In this document: piece by piece, positions 46,361 through 57,200 of the stretch | Layout of the letters: every line of letters starts with the position of its first letter | How positions within the stretch are numbered: position 1 is the stretch's first letter | DNA from: Dehalococcoidia bacterium | GTDB taxonomy: Bacteria > Chloroflexota > Dehalococcoidia > Bin125 | Reading direction: 5' to 3' | Assembly: GCA_963663895.2 (NCBI GenBank) | Contig: CAXXRD010000001.1 | Location: 576,001 to 640,000, forward strand | Length of the DNA stretch: 64,000 nucleotides | The notes under the pieces: generated by a model | Databases searched by the model: none | Seen by the model: the letters and a program-made list of their open reading frames with translations, nothing else | What the model was told of the DNA's origin: nothing | Position numbers and translations under genes: made by a program

Positions 46361-47344
46361 ATGTCGGAAAAGCTCTTCAGCCAGGGCATCGTCGAAGCGC
46401 AGGCACAGGAGATGCGCAGCGACCCCACGATCTTCGTCGCCGGCGAAGATATCGAACTGGGCGGCGTATTCGCGACCGCCAAGGGGCTGCGCGAAGAGTT
46501 CGGCTCACGCGTCTTCAACACACCGATCGCCGAGGCCGCCATGACGGGGTTGGCGATCGGAGCCGCCGCGACCGGGATGCGGCCCATCGTCGAGATCATG
46601 TTCATGGACTTCATGACCGTCGCCATGGACCAAGTCGTCAACCAGATGGCGAAGATGCGCTACATGTTCGGCGGCGAGACACGGCTTCCCCTCGTGCTGA
46701 TTACCCACGCCGGCGCCGGACATCAGAACGCCGCCCAGCACAGCCAGAGTTTGGAAGCCTGGTTTTGCCACGTCCCCGGGCTGAAAGTCGTGTGGCCCTC
46801 GGACCCCTACGACGGGAAAGGGCTCATGATCGCCGCGATCCGCGACGACAATCCCGTTATCTACATCACCAACAAGCTTGCGCTCGGCACGCGCGCGGAT
46901 GTCCCGGACGACGCCTACACCGTGCCGATCGGGAAAGCGGCCGTGAAGCGAGAGGGAGAGGACGTGACCGTCGTGGCGGTGGGAGCGATGGTGCCCGAAG
47001 CGATCAAGGCCGCTGACGCCGTTGCCGAGCGTGGTCTGAGCGTCGAGGTCGTGGATCCGCGGACCCTGTCCCCGCTCGATACGGACACGATCGTGCGCTC
47101 GGTGCGGAAAACCGGCCGCGCGATCGTCGCGCACGAAGCCGTGCAGTTCTGCGGCTACGGAGCAGAAGTAGCGGCGCAGATCGCCCAACATGCCTTCGAC
47201 GAGTTGGATGCCCCCGTGCTGCGCGTCGGCGCACCCTTCAGCCCGGTGCCCTTCAATCCCAACTTGGAGAGGGCGTGGCTGCCGGGTGCGGAGGAGATCA
47301 TCGCGAGCATCGAGCAGCTCCTACCCGCGGGAGCGAGCGCCTAA
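46361..47344 (+). CDS. TPP-dependent dehydrogenase E1 beta (AcoB-like)
   Basis: GEDI, NTPIAE, EIMFMDF, AAQHSQS, DPRTLSPLD. Confidence 0.94.
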   Translation: MSEKLFSQGIVEAQAQEMRSDPTIFVAGEDIELGGVFATAKGLREEFGSRVFNTPIAEAAMTGLAIGAAATGMRPIVEIMFMDFMTVAMDQVVNQMAKMRYMFGGETRLPLVLITHAGAGHQNAAQHSQSLEAWFCHVPGLKVVWPSDPYDGKGLMIAAIRDDNPVIYITNKLALGTRADVPDDAYTVPIGKAAVKREGEDVTVVAVGAMVPEAIKAADAVAERGLSVEVVDPRTLSPLDTDTIVRSVRKTGRAIVAHEAVQFCGYGAEVAAQIAQHAFDELDAPVLRVGAPFSPVPFNPNLERAWLPGAEEIIASIEQLLPAGASA

Positions 47345-47426
47345 GCTTCATGACGACGCGGCTCCGAACGCTGCACCCGCGACAACGGTCCGCCCGATCG
47401 GGCGGATCCGCCTAGCGCAAATCCAG

Positions 47427-49250
47427 TTACGAATCCCGGGCGGCACGCACACGCGCCGTGGCCTCTTCATCCACGGCCAGCGTCTCCGGTCTCTTCGGAT
47501 CCCCCCGAACCACCACGCCGTACACACGACGGGCACGCGGGATGCCGACAAATCCCTCGATCACGTCGTGGAGCACGCGCGCGGGACGCCGTCCGAACGG
47601 ATCGCCGTAGCCCCCGCCGCCGTCGGATAGGGAAAGGATCCGCTCACCGACCTCAATCCCCTGCTCGCCGACGATATCAGGCAGCCGTACGCGGGACCCA
47701 TCCCGTTGGATCAGATACGCCTTGGACCCCAGCGCGGCAGCGCCGCCCTGCACGCCCTGGGGCGCGTGCTGCATCCCGTCCATGGTGTAGTGCACGGTGA
47801 GCGGATCCCAGCGCGGCCCGTAAACGCAGATGTTGCCCGGCGCACCGCGCTGCCGCCCTGCCCCCTCTGAATCGGGGCGGATGGACTTCTGAAAGACGAC
47901 AAAAGGATATTTCTGTTCAACCACCTCCGTCTCGTCGATATAGAGGAGGCCGCCCGCCCCCGCCGAGCTGAACGAGAGCCAACCATCCACCTCTGCGCTC
48001 CCGGGGCCGCCCGCCGTGCCACTGAACAGTTGCAACAAGTAGGGCTCATCGCGCTCCCGGTGATGGCCGGAAAGCACTCCCATGAACGGTCCTTGCCCGA
48101 AGCAGGCTTCGGCGAGGCCGATTCCATCGCGGAGCCGCCCGAAGGCCGCGAAGATCATCCCCTGCGTGCGACTCGCGACGGTCGTCGTCGCCATTGAGCA
48201 CGAAGTGGGGTGACGTGGAATGCCAACCGCGCAATTCTCCCGCAGCAGGACGGTGAATCGCCGAAAGGCGCCAGCGTTCTGCGGCACGGCGTTCACGCGC
48301 GCGCCGGGTCTCGAATTGAGCACGTTGAGGACGCCCGCAATCGCGGCGTTGCGCGCAGTGGACTCACTCAGGTTCAAGCCGGTAGCCGTGCAGTCCGGAT
48401 TGTCTCGCAAGTCGACCGTCACCCGGCGAGCAGCGGGGTCCACGTCGATCTCTGCCTGGATCGTGAGGCCTTCCTCCGGAAAGCCGGGGAACGGATCGAC
48501 GGTGGTGCGCGCCCGTACCTTTCCGGCGGGGAGCCGGCTAATCGCCTCCACGGTGAGCCGCTCGCTGTAGTCCAGCCACCCGCAGATGAAGCGCTGGACG
48601 GCCGCCAGTCCGAACTTGGCGCAGAACTCCTTGAGCAGCTGCTCGCCCACCCGGGCCGCCGCCAGCATCGCCAGATAGTCCCCATACCAAATCTGGGGAG
48701 CGCGGATCCGCTTCTGGCACATGCGGACGATGTCGCCCACGTCCCGATACTGCTGCTGAATCCGCACGCAGGGGAAGATCAGGGCACCCTCGTTGTAGAC
48801 ATCCACGGCGGTCGGGATGTAGGTGCTCGGAAGCGCGTTGCCGATATCCGAAAGGTGCGCCTTCACGCACACCGTAAAGATGTGGGTCCCGGCGACGAAA
48901 ACCGGAACGATAATGGTGTGGTCGGCAGGGTGGGAGCCGCCAATGTAGGGGTCGTTGTGGAGAAAGGCATCGCCAGCCGCGAACTCGGGATGCAGGTCCG
49001 CCATCGACGCGCAAATCGGGCTCGATCCGAACACGTGCACCGGCATCCCTTCAGGAGCGGCGATAAGATTGTGGGCAGCGTCGACGAGGGAGCACGAGAA
49101 ATCGCGCGCCACAAGCGTGGTCGAGCGGGCCGTGCGCACGAGCGTGTTGGTCATCGCGCGGGTGATGCCATCGAGACGATTGGCCATGACGAGGAGCTGG
49201 ACCGGATCCAGCTCGTCCGCGTCACCGGCAAGGCCTGTGGGTGCTGGCAT
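47427..49250 (-). CDS. Hydantoinase B/oxoprolinase family protein
   Basis: ARDFSC, HNDPYIGGSHPAD, KAHLSDIG, EQKYP, DSEGAGRQRG, GGGGYGDP. Confidence 0.92.
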   Translation of the reverse strand: MPAPTGLAGDADELDPVQLLVMANRLDGITRAMTNTLVRTARSTTLVARDFSCSLVDAAHNLIAAPEGMPVHVFGSSPICASMADLHPEFAAGDAFLHNDPYIGGSHPADHTIIVPVFVAGTHIFTVCVKAHLSDIGNALPSTYIPTAVDVYNEGALIFPCVRIQQQYRDVGDIVRMCQKRIRAPQIWYGDYLAMLAAARVGEQLLKEFCAKFGLAAVQRFICGWLDYSERLTVEAISRLPAGKVRARTTVDPFPGFPEEGLTIQAEIDVDPAARRVTVDLRDNPDCTATGLNLSESTARNAAIAGVLNVLNSRPGARVNAVPQNAGAFRRFTVLLRENCAVGIPRHPTSCSMATTTVASRTQGMIFAAFGRLRDGIGLAEACFGQGPFMGVLSGHHRERDEPYLLQLFSGTAGGPGSAEVDGWLSFSSAGAGGLLYIDETEVVEQKYPFVVFQKSIRPDSEGAGRQRGAPGNICVYGPRWDPLTVHYTMDGMQHAPQGVQGGAAALGSKAYLIQRDGSRVRLPDIVGEQGIEVGERILSLSDGGGGYGDPFGRRPARVLHDVIEGFVGIPRARRVYGVVVRGDPKRPETLAVDEEATARVRAARDS

Positions 49251-49382
49251 CGCACATCCCTCGCTGTGCGGAGCAGGCTAGCAAGCGCCCGCGAGCAAGC
49301 GGCGCGGTCTGTGTAGACTCTCGCCGACGCAGGGTTCGACCGATCCCCGCTCAAGAGCGGCGGGGCGAGTGAGGAAGGTGCG

Positions 49383-51176
49383 ATGACGGATTCCGGGAGT
49401 ACCTCTCAAATCGATCCGATCACGGTCGAGGTGATCCGCAGCGCCTTCATCGCCACCTGCAACGAGATGGCCTTGACGGTGGCCAAGACCGCCTATTCGA
49501 CGCCCGTGAACGAAGGCAACGACCTCGCCACCGGCCTCTACGACCGCGACGGCAACCTGGTCGCCCAAGGCGAGTTCGACCTGCCGGCCTTCGTCGGCCT
49601 GACGATCCTGACCGTGCCGGAGATCATGCGGATCATCGGCCCGGAGAACATCGAGCCGGGCGACATCTACATGATCAATGACCCCTATGTGGCCACGACG
49701 CACTGCAACGACATTCATTTCATCAAGCCGATCTTCCATGCAGGCGAGCGCGTGGGGTTCGCTTCTTCCACGGCGCACTGGTCGGACGTCGGCGGTGTCG
49801 CGCCGGGGACGCTGAACACCGCCGCCCGCAGCCACTACGAAGAAGGGATGCGTATCCCCGGCGTGGCGCTCTACAAGCGCGGGGTCTTCAACGAGGACAT
49901 CGTCTCGCTCTTGCTAGTGAACATGCGGCAGTCCTGGGAGCGGATCGGCGACCTCAACGCGCAGCTCGCGGCCGTTCGCGCGGGTGAAGCCCGGCTCTTG
50001 GCCCTGACCCGGAAGCACGGCCCCGAGGCCGTGCAGGCGACGATGGACGCCGTCCAGGACCACTCCGAGCAGCTCGCGCGCGCCGCCTTCCGCAGCCTCC
50101 CGGACGGCGTCTACACGGCGGAGGATACGGTCGATCAAGACCAGTACACCGGCCAGCCCAAGACGATCCGCCTCACGCTGACGATCGAAGACGACCACGC
50201 GACCTTCGACTACACGGCCAGCGACGGCCCAGCGCTCTCCGGCATCAATGGAACGATCGCAGGGACGACCTCCGGCACCTTCATCGCGATCGCTTCGATC
50301 TTGCCGCCCATGCAGATGAACGCAGGCGTCATGCGCGCGATCGACCTGCGAGCGAAGCGGGGGTCGATCGTATGGGCGCAACCGCCGGTCGCGGTCTCCG
50401 TCATGACGATCACCGTGATGGACTGCGTGATCGGCGCCGCCACGCTCGCGCTCGGGAAGGCCCTGCCGAAGCGAGCCGTGGGCATGGCCTCCGGCATTCT
50501 GAATTCCACCTACGCGGGCGTCGACGATCGCCCCGGCTTCGAGGCGCCCTTCATCAATTACACCTGGGCGTTTGGAGGGATGGGGGCCGCGCGGGATCAC
50601 GACGGTCCCAACTGCACCGCGCCGCCATTCGGCGCGGCCGTCTCCAACATCCCCTGCGAGCTGCAAGAGCGCCGCTACCCGATCCTCTACCGCCGCTCAA
50701 GCGTGCTGGCCGACTCCGGCGGACCGGGACGCTCGCGCGGCGGCGCCGCGCTCAACACGATCGCGGAGTTTCCTTTCGGCGCGGTCCGCAACGCCGGGCT
50801 CTCCACCCTCGGCAACCGCGAGCAATTCGGCCCGCCGGGCATCTTCGACGGCGAGACCGGCCAGCTGGCTCGGCTTTCCCTCAACGACGGCACCGAGAGC
50901 GAGCGCCACCTCGGCACGACGGCCACCAACGCCCCGGTCGGCACGGGAGACGTGCTGACCTTTCGCACCAACGGCGGCGGCGGCTTCGGCGACCCATTGG
51001 AGCGGCCGCCGGAGCGCGTCCTGGAGGATATTAAGGACGACTATGCAACGCCCGCCGGCGCGCGCGAGCAATACGGCGTCGTCGTGAAGGAGATCGACCG
51101 GCGCAGGGTGCACTACGAAATCGATCGCGAAGCGACCGCCGAGCTGCGGGTAGCGATGCGCGCCGCACGCGGCTAG
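49383..51176 (+). CDS. Hydantoinase B/oxoprolinase family protein
   Basis: DPITVEVI, NDPY..THCND, AHWSDVGG, EEG, ERRYP, DSGGPGRSRGG, GGGGFGDP. Confidence 0.93.
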   Translation: MTDSGSTSQIDPITVEVIRSAFIATCNEMALTVAKTAYSTPVNEGNDLATGLYDRDGNLVAQGEFDLPAFVGLTILTVPEIMRIIGPENIEPGDIYMINDPYVATTHCNDIHFIKPIFHAGERVGFASSTAHWSDVGGVAPGTLNTAARSHYEEGMRIPGVALYKRGVFNEDIVSLLLVNMRQSWERIGDLNAQLAAVRAGEARLLALTRKHGPEAVQATMDAVQDHSEQLARAAFRSLPDGVYTAEDTVDQDQYTGQPKTIRLTLTIEDDHATFDYTASDGPALSGINGTIAGTTSGTFIAIASILPPMQMNAGVMRAIDLRAKRGSIVWAQPPVAVSVMTITVMDCVIGAATLALGKALPKRAVGMASGILNSTYAGVDDRPGFEAPFINYTWAFGGMGAARDHDGPNCTAPPFGAAVSNIPCELQERRYPILYRRSSVLADSGGPGRSRGGAALNTIAEFPFGAVRNAGLSTLGNREQFGPPGIFDGETGQLARLSLNDGTESERHLGTTATNAPVGTGDVLTFRTNGGGGFGDPLERPPERVLEDIKDDYATPAGAREQYGVVVKEIDRRRVHYEIDREATAELRVAMRAARG

Positions 51177-51194
51177 CGCCGCGCGTCTCCCGAC

Positions 51195-53543
51195 ATGGCG
51201 TCGATCACCCGGACAGACTTGGGCGCCGCCTTGCCGGATCTGCGCACGACGCTGCGGATCGCAGGGCTGGACGCGCCGGTTCTGATCGAGCGGGACCCCT
51301 GGGGGATCCCGCATATTCGCGCAAAGAGCGAAGCGGACCTCTACCTCGGACAGGGCTTCGCAACCGCTCAGGATCGTCTCTGGCAGATGGACTACGACCG
51401 CCGGCGCTGCCTGGGAAGCTGGGCAGAGTGCGTCGGAGCACAGGGACTCGCCAACGACCGGATGTTGCGCCGGCGTGGGCTGGCCCAGGCGGCCCGCGCC
51501 GACTACGACGCCTGTAGCCCGGCGGCGCGTGCCATGCTCGACGCCTACGCGGAGGGCGTGAACGCATTCCTGCAAACAACGGCCAGCCTCCCCGTTGAGT
51601 ACCGACTCCTGGACACGCGCCCGGATCCTTGGGAGCCCTGGCACTCTTTGCTTGTGTACAAGATGCGCAACACCGCGGAAGGATCCTTCCTCCAGAAGCT
51701 CTTCCTCGGACGTCTGACGGCGACGCTGGGGCCCGAGCGGGCCGCCGCATTGGTTCCGGGCTACCCGCGCGGCCACGCGCTCACCGTGCCGCCGGGCGCG
51801 CTGTACGATGGTCCCACGCTGAACGGCATGGCCGAGCTGGCCACGGTCGCCGCCGCGCTGGCGCCGCTGCGCGAGATCGATCTCGGCAGCAATGCCTGGG
51901 TCGTCGCGGGCGCGCGGACGGCGTCCGGCCTGCCGCTACTCGCTGGGGACTCGCACCGGGGGCTGGATACGCCCAACGTCTACTACCAAATCCACCTTGC
52001 CTGCCCGGATTTCGACGTGATCGGGCAGGCCCTGCCCGGCTTTCCGGGCGCGTTGCACTTCTGTCACAACCAGCACGTCGCCTGGGGCATGACCTATGGC
52101 TCCTGTGATACGCAGGACCTCTTCGTGGAAGAGGTGCGCGCGCACGAAGGATCACTCCAGTACCGCTTCCTGGATAAATGGCGCCCGGTGCAGCAGCGCA
52201 GTGAAGTGATCCGGGTCCGAGGCGCGGCGCCCGAAACCGTCACGGCGCGCGCAACACATCACGGAGCCGTCATCGCGGGCGATCCGGCGGCGGGCCGTCT
52301 CATCACCTTAGCCGACCCCGGCGCTGCCACGCCGACCGCTTGGGTCGATGCGGCACGGGAGGCGATGCACGCGCGCTCGGCCGACGAACTCGAAGCAGCG
52401 CTCGCCGGATGGACGGACCGCGTGAACAACTACGTCTATGCCGACGTGTCGGGCGCCTTTGGCTACGCACTCCGGGGGCGTGTTCCCCTCCGCCCGGAGA
52501 GCAACGGTTGGGGCCCGGTGCCCGGGTGGAACGGCCGGCATGAGTGGAACGGCTACATCCCACCGGCGGAGCTGCCGCGTAGCCGGAATCCGAAGAGTGG
52601 ATACCTCGTGAGCTGCAACCAGCGGATCGCCGATGGGAGCTATCCGTACTTCCTCGGACACCTGTGGAGCCCCGCCTATCGGGCCCACCGCATCACGGAG
52701 CGACTCAACGCGCTCCCGGTAGGAGAGATCACGGTCAGAGAGATGGCGAGCATCCACGCCGATGCCGTTTCCCTGATGGCGCGCAAGCTGAGCGACGCGG
52801 TGGCGCGTCTGGACCTGCACGGAGACAGCGCCCGCGCACAGCGCATCCTCACGTCGTGGGACGGACGCCTCACCGCCGATGCGCCCGCACCCGCCATCTA
52901 CGCCGCGCTGCAAGCGGAATGGGACGCGCGCATTGTCCAGGAGGCCTACGGCCCCTTGGCCCGTGACATCTTGGCCGGCACGGACGCGGGCGGAGCCGGG
53001 CACTACGCGCGGGGGGTTCGGTCGCATGTGATCGAGGAGCTTGGCACGGTTGGAAGTCGCTACCTGCCGATCGAGGAGGAGCCAGCCATGCTGGGGGACG
53101 CCCTGGAGAGCGCGGTCCGCACGCTGACGGAGCGCGCGGGGCCCGATCCGGACCAGTGGCGTTGGGGAGCGCTGCACCACACGATGCACACGCATCCGCT
53201 GGCGGCCGCTTTCCCCCAAGCGGCGCAACTGCTGCACCCGCCACAGGTCGCCGCTGCAGGCGGTGGCGACACACCCCTCGCCGGGTCGTTCGCGCTGCAC
53301 GGCAGTTTCACGGTCGAGGCCGCTTCCGTCGCACGCTACGTGCACGACCCGGCTGATTGGACCCGCTGCCGTTGGATCGTCCCCTTGGGAGCCTCCGGGC
53401 ATCCCGGCAGTCCGCACTACGCCGATCAACAGCAGGCTTGGGCGGCAGTCGATACGATCCCGCAATTGTGGGATCGCGCCGTCATCCGCGACCGAGCGGA
53501 GTCCGCTCAACACCTCCAATCCCTGGGGACGTCGGCCCGGTGA
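51195..53543 (+). CDS. Penicillin acylase family (Ntn hydrolase) protein
   Basis: RDPWGIPHI, AQDRLWQMD, GSNAWVV (nucleophile Ser), GDSH, GASGHPGSPHYADQ; no obvious signal peptide. Confidence 0.93.
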   Translation: MASITRTDLGAALPDLRTTLRIAGLDAPVLIERDPWGIPHIRAKSEADLYLGQGFATAQDRLWQMDYDRRRCLGSWAECVGAQGLANDRMLRRRGLAQAARADYDACSPAARAMLDAYAEGVNAFLQTTASLPVEYRLLDTRPDPWEPWHSLLVYKMRNTAEGSFLQKLFLGRLTATLGPERAAALVPGYPRGHALTVPPGALYDGPTLNGMAELATVAAALAPLREIDLGSNAWVVAGARTASGLPLLAGDSHRGLDTPNVYYQIHLACPDFDVIGQALPGFPGALHFCHNQHVAWGMTYGSCDTQDLFVEEVRAHEGSLQYRFLDKWRPVQQRSEVIRVRGAAPETVTARATHHGAVIAGDPAAGRLITLADPGAATPTAWVDAAREAMHARSADELEAALAGWTDRVNNYVYADVSGAFGYALRGRVPLRPESNGWGPVPGWNGRHEWNGYIPPAELPRSRNPKSGYLVSCNQRIADGSYPYFLGHLWSPAYRAHRITERLNALPVGEITVREMASIHADAVSLMARKLSDAVARLDLHGDSARAQRILTSWDGRLTADAPAPAIYAALQAEWDARIVQEAYGPLARDILAGTDAGGAGHYARGVRSHVIEELGTVGSRYLPIEEEPAMLGDALESAVRTLTERAGPDPDQWRWGALHHTMHTHPLAAAFPQAAQLLHPPQVAAAGGGDTPLAGSFALHGSFTVEAASVARYVHDPADWTRCRWIVPLGASGHPGSPHYADQQQAWAAVDTIPQLWDRAVIRDRAESAQHLQSLGTSAR

Positions 53544-53690
53544 GGCCGCGGAACGCGAGCACTACGGACAACGCCGCCGCAGCGGCGACGGAAGCCAGTC
53601 AGTTGCCGAGGGGATTCGCTCCGCCACAGACCCACCGGTACGCTCGCCAACCCGGCCCTCTCACCCGATAATCGCGCGTCAGAGGCACGG

Positions 53691-54503
53691 ATGGCAGCAA
53701 GGGAACGCATGAATCCCGATCCTGAACGAGCAGCAAAGGCGGCGATCCTCAGAGCCTGGATGCGCGGCGCCGCCGCCTACGATCACGATGCCGGCCACGG
53801 ACTGGCAACGCCCGCGGTCAAGCGAGCCTGGACAAGCGCGCTCCAGGACAGTCTGGGCGCAGGTCCCTTCGCGCTGCTGGACGTGGGCACCGGCACGGGG
53901 CTGCTGGCCGTGCTCGCCGCCCTGCTGGGACACCGCGTCACCGGCATCGACTTCACCGCCGCCATGTTGGAGCACGCCCGCCAGCGCGCCGGGCACGCAA
54001 ACGTCCGCGTCGAGTGGCGTGAGGCCGACGCCACCGCGCTGCCGTTCGCCGACTCCAGCTTCGACGCCGTGGTCAGCCGGCACGTCTTGTGGACGATGAC
54101 AGACCCGCGGCGCGCCTTCCGAGAATGGATACGGGTCGTGCGGCCGGGTGGCCGCATCGTCTGGTTCGATGGATTAGAGCCCGGGACGGCCCGTCACGCC
54201 GTGCGGCAGCGAGCCGCGAAGATCATCCGGCGGCTGCAGCGCGCGCCGGATCACGCCTCGGACCACAGCTACCCTCCGGAAGCGATAGCGGCCTTGCCGC
54301 TACACGCGCTCCGCACCACGGAGCCAGTGGCGGCGCTGCTGCGCGAGCTCGGCGTGACGGACGTCTCGTTCCGCTTCCTGCCGGAGGTGGCGCGGGCGGA
54401 GCGGGAAGGGCAGTCGCTTGTAGAGCGGCTGGCCGGATCCAAACCGCGGTACGCGGGGGCATTCGTGGTAAGCGCGGAGATGAAGGAGCAAGGAGCGAGA
54501 TGA
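53691..54503 (+). CDS. Class I SAM-dependent methyltransferase
   Basis: LLDVGTGTG, GIDF, DATALPFADSSFDAV, VVRPGG. Confidence 0.9.
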   Translation: MAARERMNPDPERAAKAAILRAWMRGAAAYDHDAGHGLATPAVKRAWTSALQDSLGAGPFALLDVGTGTGLLAVLAALLGHRVTGIDFTAAMLEHARQRAGHANVRVEWREADATALPFADSSFDAVVSRHVLWTMTDPRRAFREWIRVVRPGGRIVWFDGLEPGTARHAVRQRAAKIIRRLQRAPDHASDHSYPPEAIAALPLHALRTTEPVAALLRELGVTDVSFRFLPEVARAEREGQSLVERLAGSKPRYAGAFVVSAEMKEQGAR

Positions 54504-56098
54504 CCACTGCATTTATCAATGGGCGCATCCTGACAATGGACGAATCGATACCCAACGCCGCCGTCGTCGTCGTGCACCAGGAAGAGATCGTCGCCGTTGG
54601 AGAGGAAGCGCTGCTCAACGCTTACCCAGACGCCGAGCGCTACGACCTCGGGGGCAAGCTCCTGATCCCGGGTTTCATCGACGCCCACTGCCACCTCTCG
54701 ATCGCCGCCCTGCACCCACGCTGGGCCAACCTGGAGGAGGTCCACACCCTGGATGCGCTGCGCGAGGCGCTGCGGAAGCAAGCGCAACGGGAGCCCGAGG
54801 CGCAGTGGATCCGCGGCTACCAATGGATGCCGGGCCTCGGAAGACCGAAAGTCACGCGCCACGATCTGGACCAGATGGGATTCGACCGGCCCGTCATCCT
54901 CGCGCACTTCACGCTGCACCAGGGATTGGTCGATTCGCGGGGGCTGGAACTGCTCGGCATTGACCGCCGGACGGTCGCGCCCAAGGGTGGCGTCATCGTG
55001 CACGACCGCCAAGGCGAGCCGACCGGCCGTCTCTTGGAGTCCGCTTGGAGCGAGGCGAACGCCCGCTCGCTGGCCGCGTACGGTCAACGCGAGCGCTGGG
55101 GGGAGCTCGTCGCGCAGCGGGGGCGGACGCTCCTCGCCGACGGGGTCACCGCCGTGCACGACGCCGCCTGCTCGCCGGCTGCGGAAGGCCTCTACCGGTC
55201 GATGGCCGCGCGCGGCGACCTCCCGATCTCCGTCCTGGCCATGCCGCATCCCGCGACGCTGTTCACCAACCGCTATCGCACACGGCTCGACGGACCGTTG
55301 ACGGGCGACGGCGACGCCTGGTTTCGCGTCGGGCCGATCAAGCTCTTCGCCGACAACGGAACGAGCGGCGCTATCCGGGCTACGCGTGACGGGGAGCCGG
55401 TGGAGATCGGCGAGATCTTCTCCCTGTTGCCCGAGGGAGTGCTGGAGGCTACCCGAAAGGGGTTCCGCGTGGCGGTCCATGCCCTGGGTAACTTCGGCGT
55501 CGAACGCGCGCTCGAAGCGTTCGCGGAGGCGCAGGGCGCGCGGCCCGGCTTCGATCACCGGTTCCGCCTCGAGCACGTCGGTCTCGCGTCGTCCGATCAG
55601 ATCGCACGCATGGCGGAGCTGGGGGTGATCGGCGTGGTGCAACCCGGCTTCGTCGACGCCTTCGCGCACGCGGGCGACAGCTACCGCTACGACGGTATCG
55701 GCCTCCTTCCCTTCGGCGAGATGGCGGCCAAGGGCGTCCGCCTGGCCGCTTCCTCGGACGACCCCTGCGTATTCTCAGGACCGATCGGCACCGCCCTCTG
55801 CGGCGCCACGCGGCGCTCGCGCGACGGGATCGCGCTCGGGCCCGAGCAGGCCCTGCCACTGAGCGAGTGGATCCGCGGCTACACGATCAACGCCGCCTTC
55901 GCGGGCGGGCAAGAGCACGAGCGCGGCAGCCTCACGTCCGGCAAGCGCGCAGACCTCGTCCTGCTCGATGGGGCGCTCCAGGTGGACAACTCGCCGCGCG
56001 TCGTTGAGACGTGGGTCGCGGGAGCCAAAGTCTGGAGCGATGCGAGCGCCGCACCTGCAGACGGCGACGCCGGATCGGCCCAACGCGGCACGCGGTAG
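54500..56098 (+). CDS. Amidohydrolase (amidohydro_3 / YtcJ-like)
   Basis: PGFIDAHCH, KLFADNG, AVHALG, RLEH, SSDDP, GKRADLVLL; AAGGAG RBS and ATGA overlap. Confidence 0.92.
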   Translation: MTTAFINGRILTMDESIPNAAVVVVHQEEIVAVGEEALLNAYPDAERYDLGGKLLIPGFIDAHCHLSIAALHPRWANLEEVHTLDALREALRKQAQREPEAQWIRGYQWMPGLGRPKVTRHDLDQMGFDRPVILAHFTLHQGLVDSRGLELLGIDRRTVAPKGGVIVHDRQGEPTGRLLESAWSEANARSLAAYGQRERWGELVAQRGRTLLADGVTAVHDAACSPAAEGLYRSMAARGDLPISVLAMPHPATLFTNRYRTRLDGPLTGDGDAWFRVGPIKLFADNGTSGAIRATRDGEPVEIGEIFSLLPEGVLEATRKGFRVAVHALGNFGVERALEAFAEAQGARPGFDHRFRLEHVGLASSDQIARMAELGVIGVVQPGFVDAFAHAGDSYRYDGIGLLPFGEMAAKGVRLAASSDDPCVFSGPIGTALCGATRRSRDGIALGPEQALPLSEWIRGYTINAAFAGGQEHERGSLTSGKRADLVLLDGALQVDNSPRVVETWVAGAKVWSDASAAPADGDAGSAQRGTR

Positions 56099-56195
56099 CA
56101 GGGACTGCCGCGAAGCGCGTGTCACGCGAAGGCCTTGGCGGCAGAGATCGGCCGGCAACCGTCACACCCCGGCCGCAAGCCGGTGCGGCGGCGGC

Positions 56196-56984
56196 CTAGC
56201 CGTCGTCCAGAGACGCCGCCATATGCACCGCGAAGAACGCGCCCTGCGGATCCGTCATCTGCGCAATGCGGCCCCCGCCGGGGATGTCCATGGGACCGAC
56301 GACCACCTCGCCGCCCAACTCCCGCGCCCGCGCCGCCAGAGCGTCCACGTTGTCGGCATTGATGTAGATCGTCCAGGAAGGCGGCCCGGGCATCTCGGCG
56401 CTCGTGTTGAACATCCCACCGATGTCCTGCCCGTCGTGCTTGATGATCTGGTAGGCCCCGCCGCCCGTTTCGCCCATATCGAACACGTCGCCCTTCTCCC
56501 AGCCGAATAGCGTCTGGTAGAAGTCGAAGGCGGCGCCGTCATCGCTGGTGCAGAGCTCGTGCCATACGATCGCGCCTTGCTGCTGGCCGGCGCTCGGGGG
56601 CGGACCGGCCTCCGGCTGGAAAACGGCGAAGACGGCCCCCTGCGGATCGGCAACGACCGCGAATCGACCCACGCTGGGGATGTGCATGGGACCCGCGAGC
56701 GTCCGCGCTCCCAGCCCCTGCGCTTTCTCGACGGTCGCATCGAGATCGGGCACGCCGACGTATGAGAGCCAGTGCGACGGGGCACCCATCCGCCGGGCGT
56801 CGTCCGGCAGCTCCATGACGCCTCCGATCGGCAGCGCGTCCAGCATCCACATCGTGTAAGGCTGCTCGCCACCCTCCCACCACGACGTGCTCCAACCCAT
56901 GAGCGCCTTGTAGAACGGCTGCGCGGCGGCGGGATCGGACGTCAGCAACTCGTGCCAGATAAAGCGACCAGCGAACTCGTCCAT
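56196..56984 (-). CDS. Two-domain VOC family protein (glyoxalase/bleomycin resistance, CFP32-like)
   Basis: Duplicated WHEL..D..A..FY..L.GW..W..Y..DPQGA.F motif. Confidence 0.92.
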   Translation of the reverse strand: MDEFAGRFIWHELLTSDPAAAQPFYKALMGWSTSWWEGGEQPYTMWMLDALPIGGVMELPDDARRMGAPSHWLSYVGVPDLDATVEKAQGLGARTLAGPMHIPSVGRFAVVADPQGAVFAVFQPEAGPPPSAGQQQGAIVWHELCTSDDGAAFDFYQTLFGWEKGDVFDMGETGGGAYQIIKHDGQDIGGMFNTSAEMPGPPSWTIYINADNVDALAARARELGGEVVVGPMDIPGGGRIAQMTDPQGAFFAVHMAASLDDG

Positions 56985-57200
56985 GGCTAGGCTTCTCCGA
57001 GGGATTCGCGAACTCGATCGGGACAGGCCGGCAACGCCGCAGTCTAAGGCCCTGGTTTGCAGGGGCAACGAACCGGCGCGCTGCGGGCGGCAAATCCTCC
57101 GCCGAATTTCCCCGCCCGCGCTTGGCCGGAGGCATGCTCTTCGATCCGCTAAGCTCACGCGGCCGCAGTGGGCGGTGCGCGCGAGACCACGGGAGCAACG

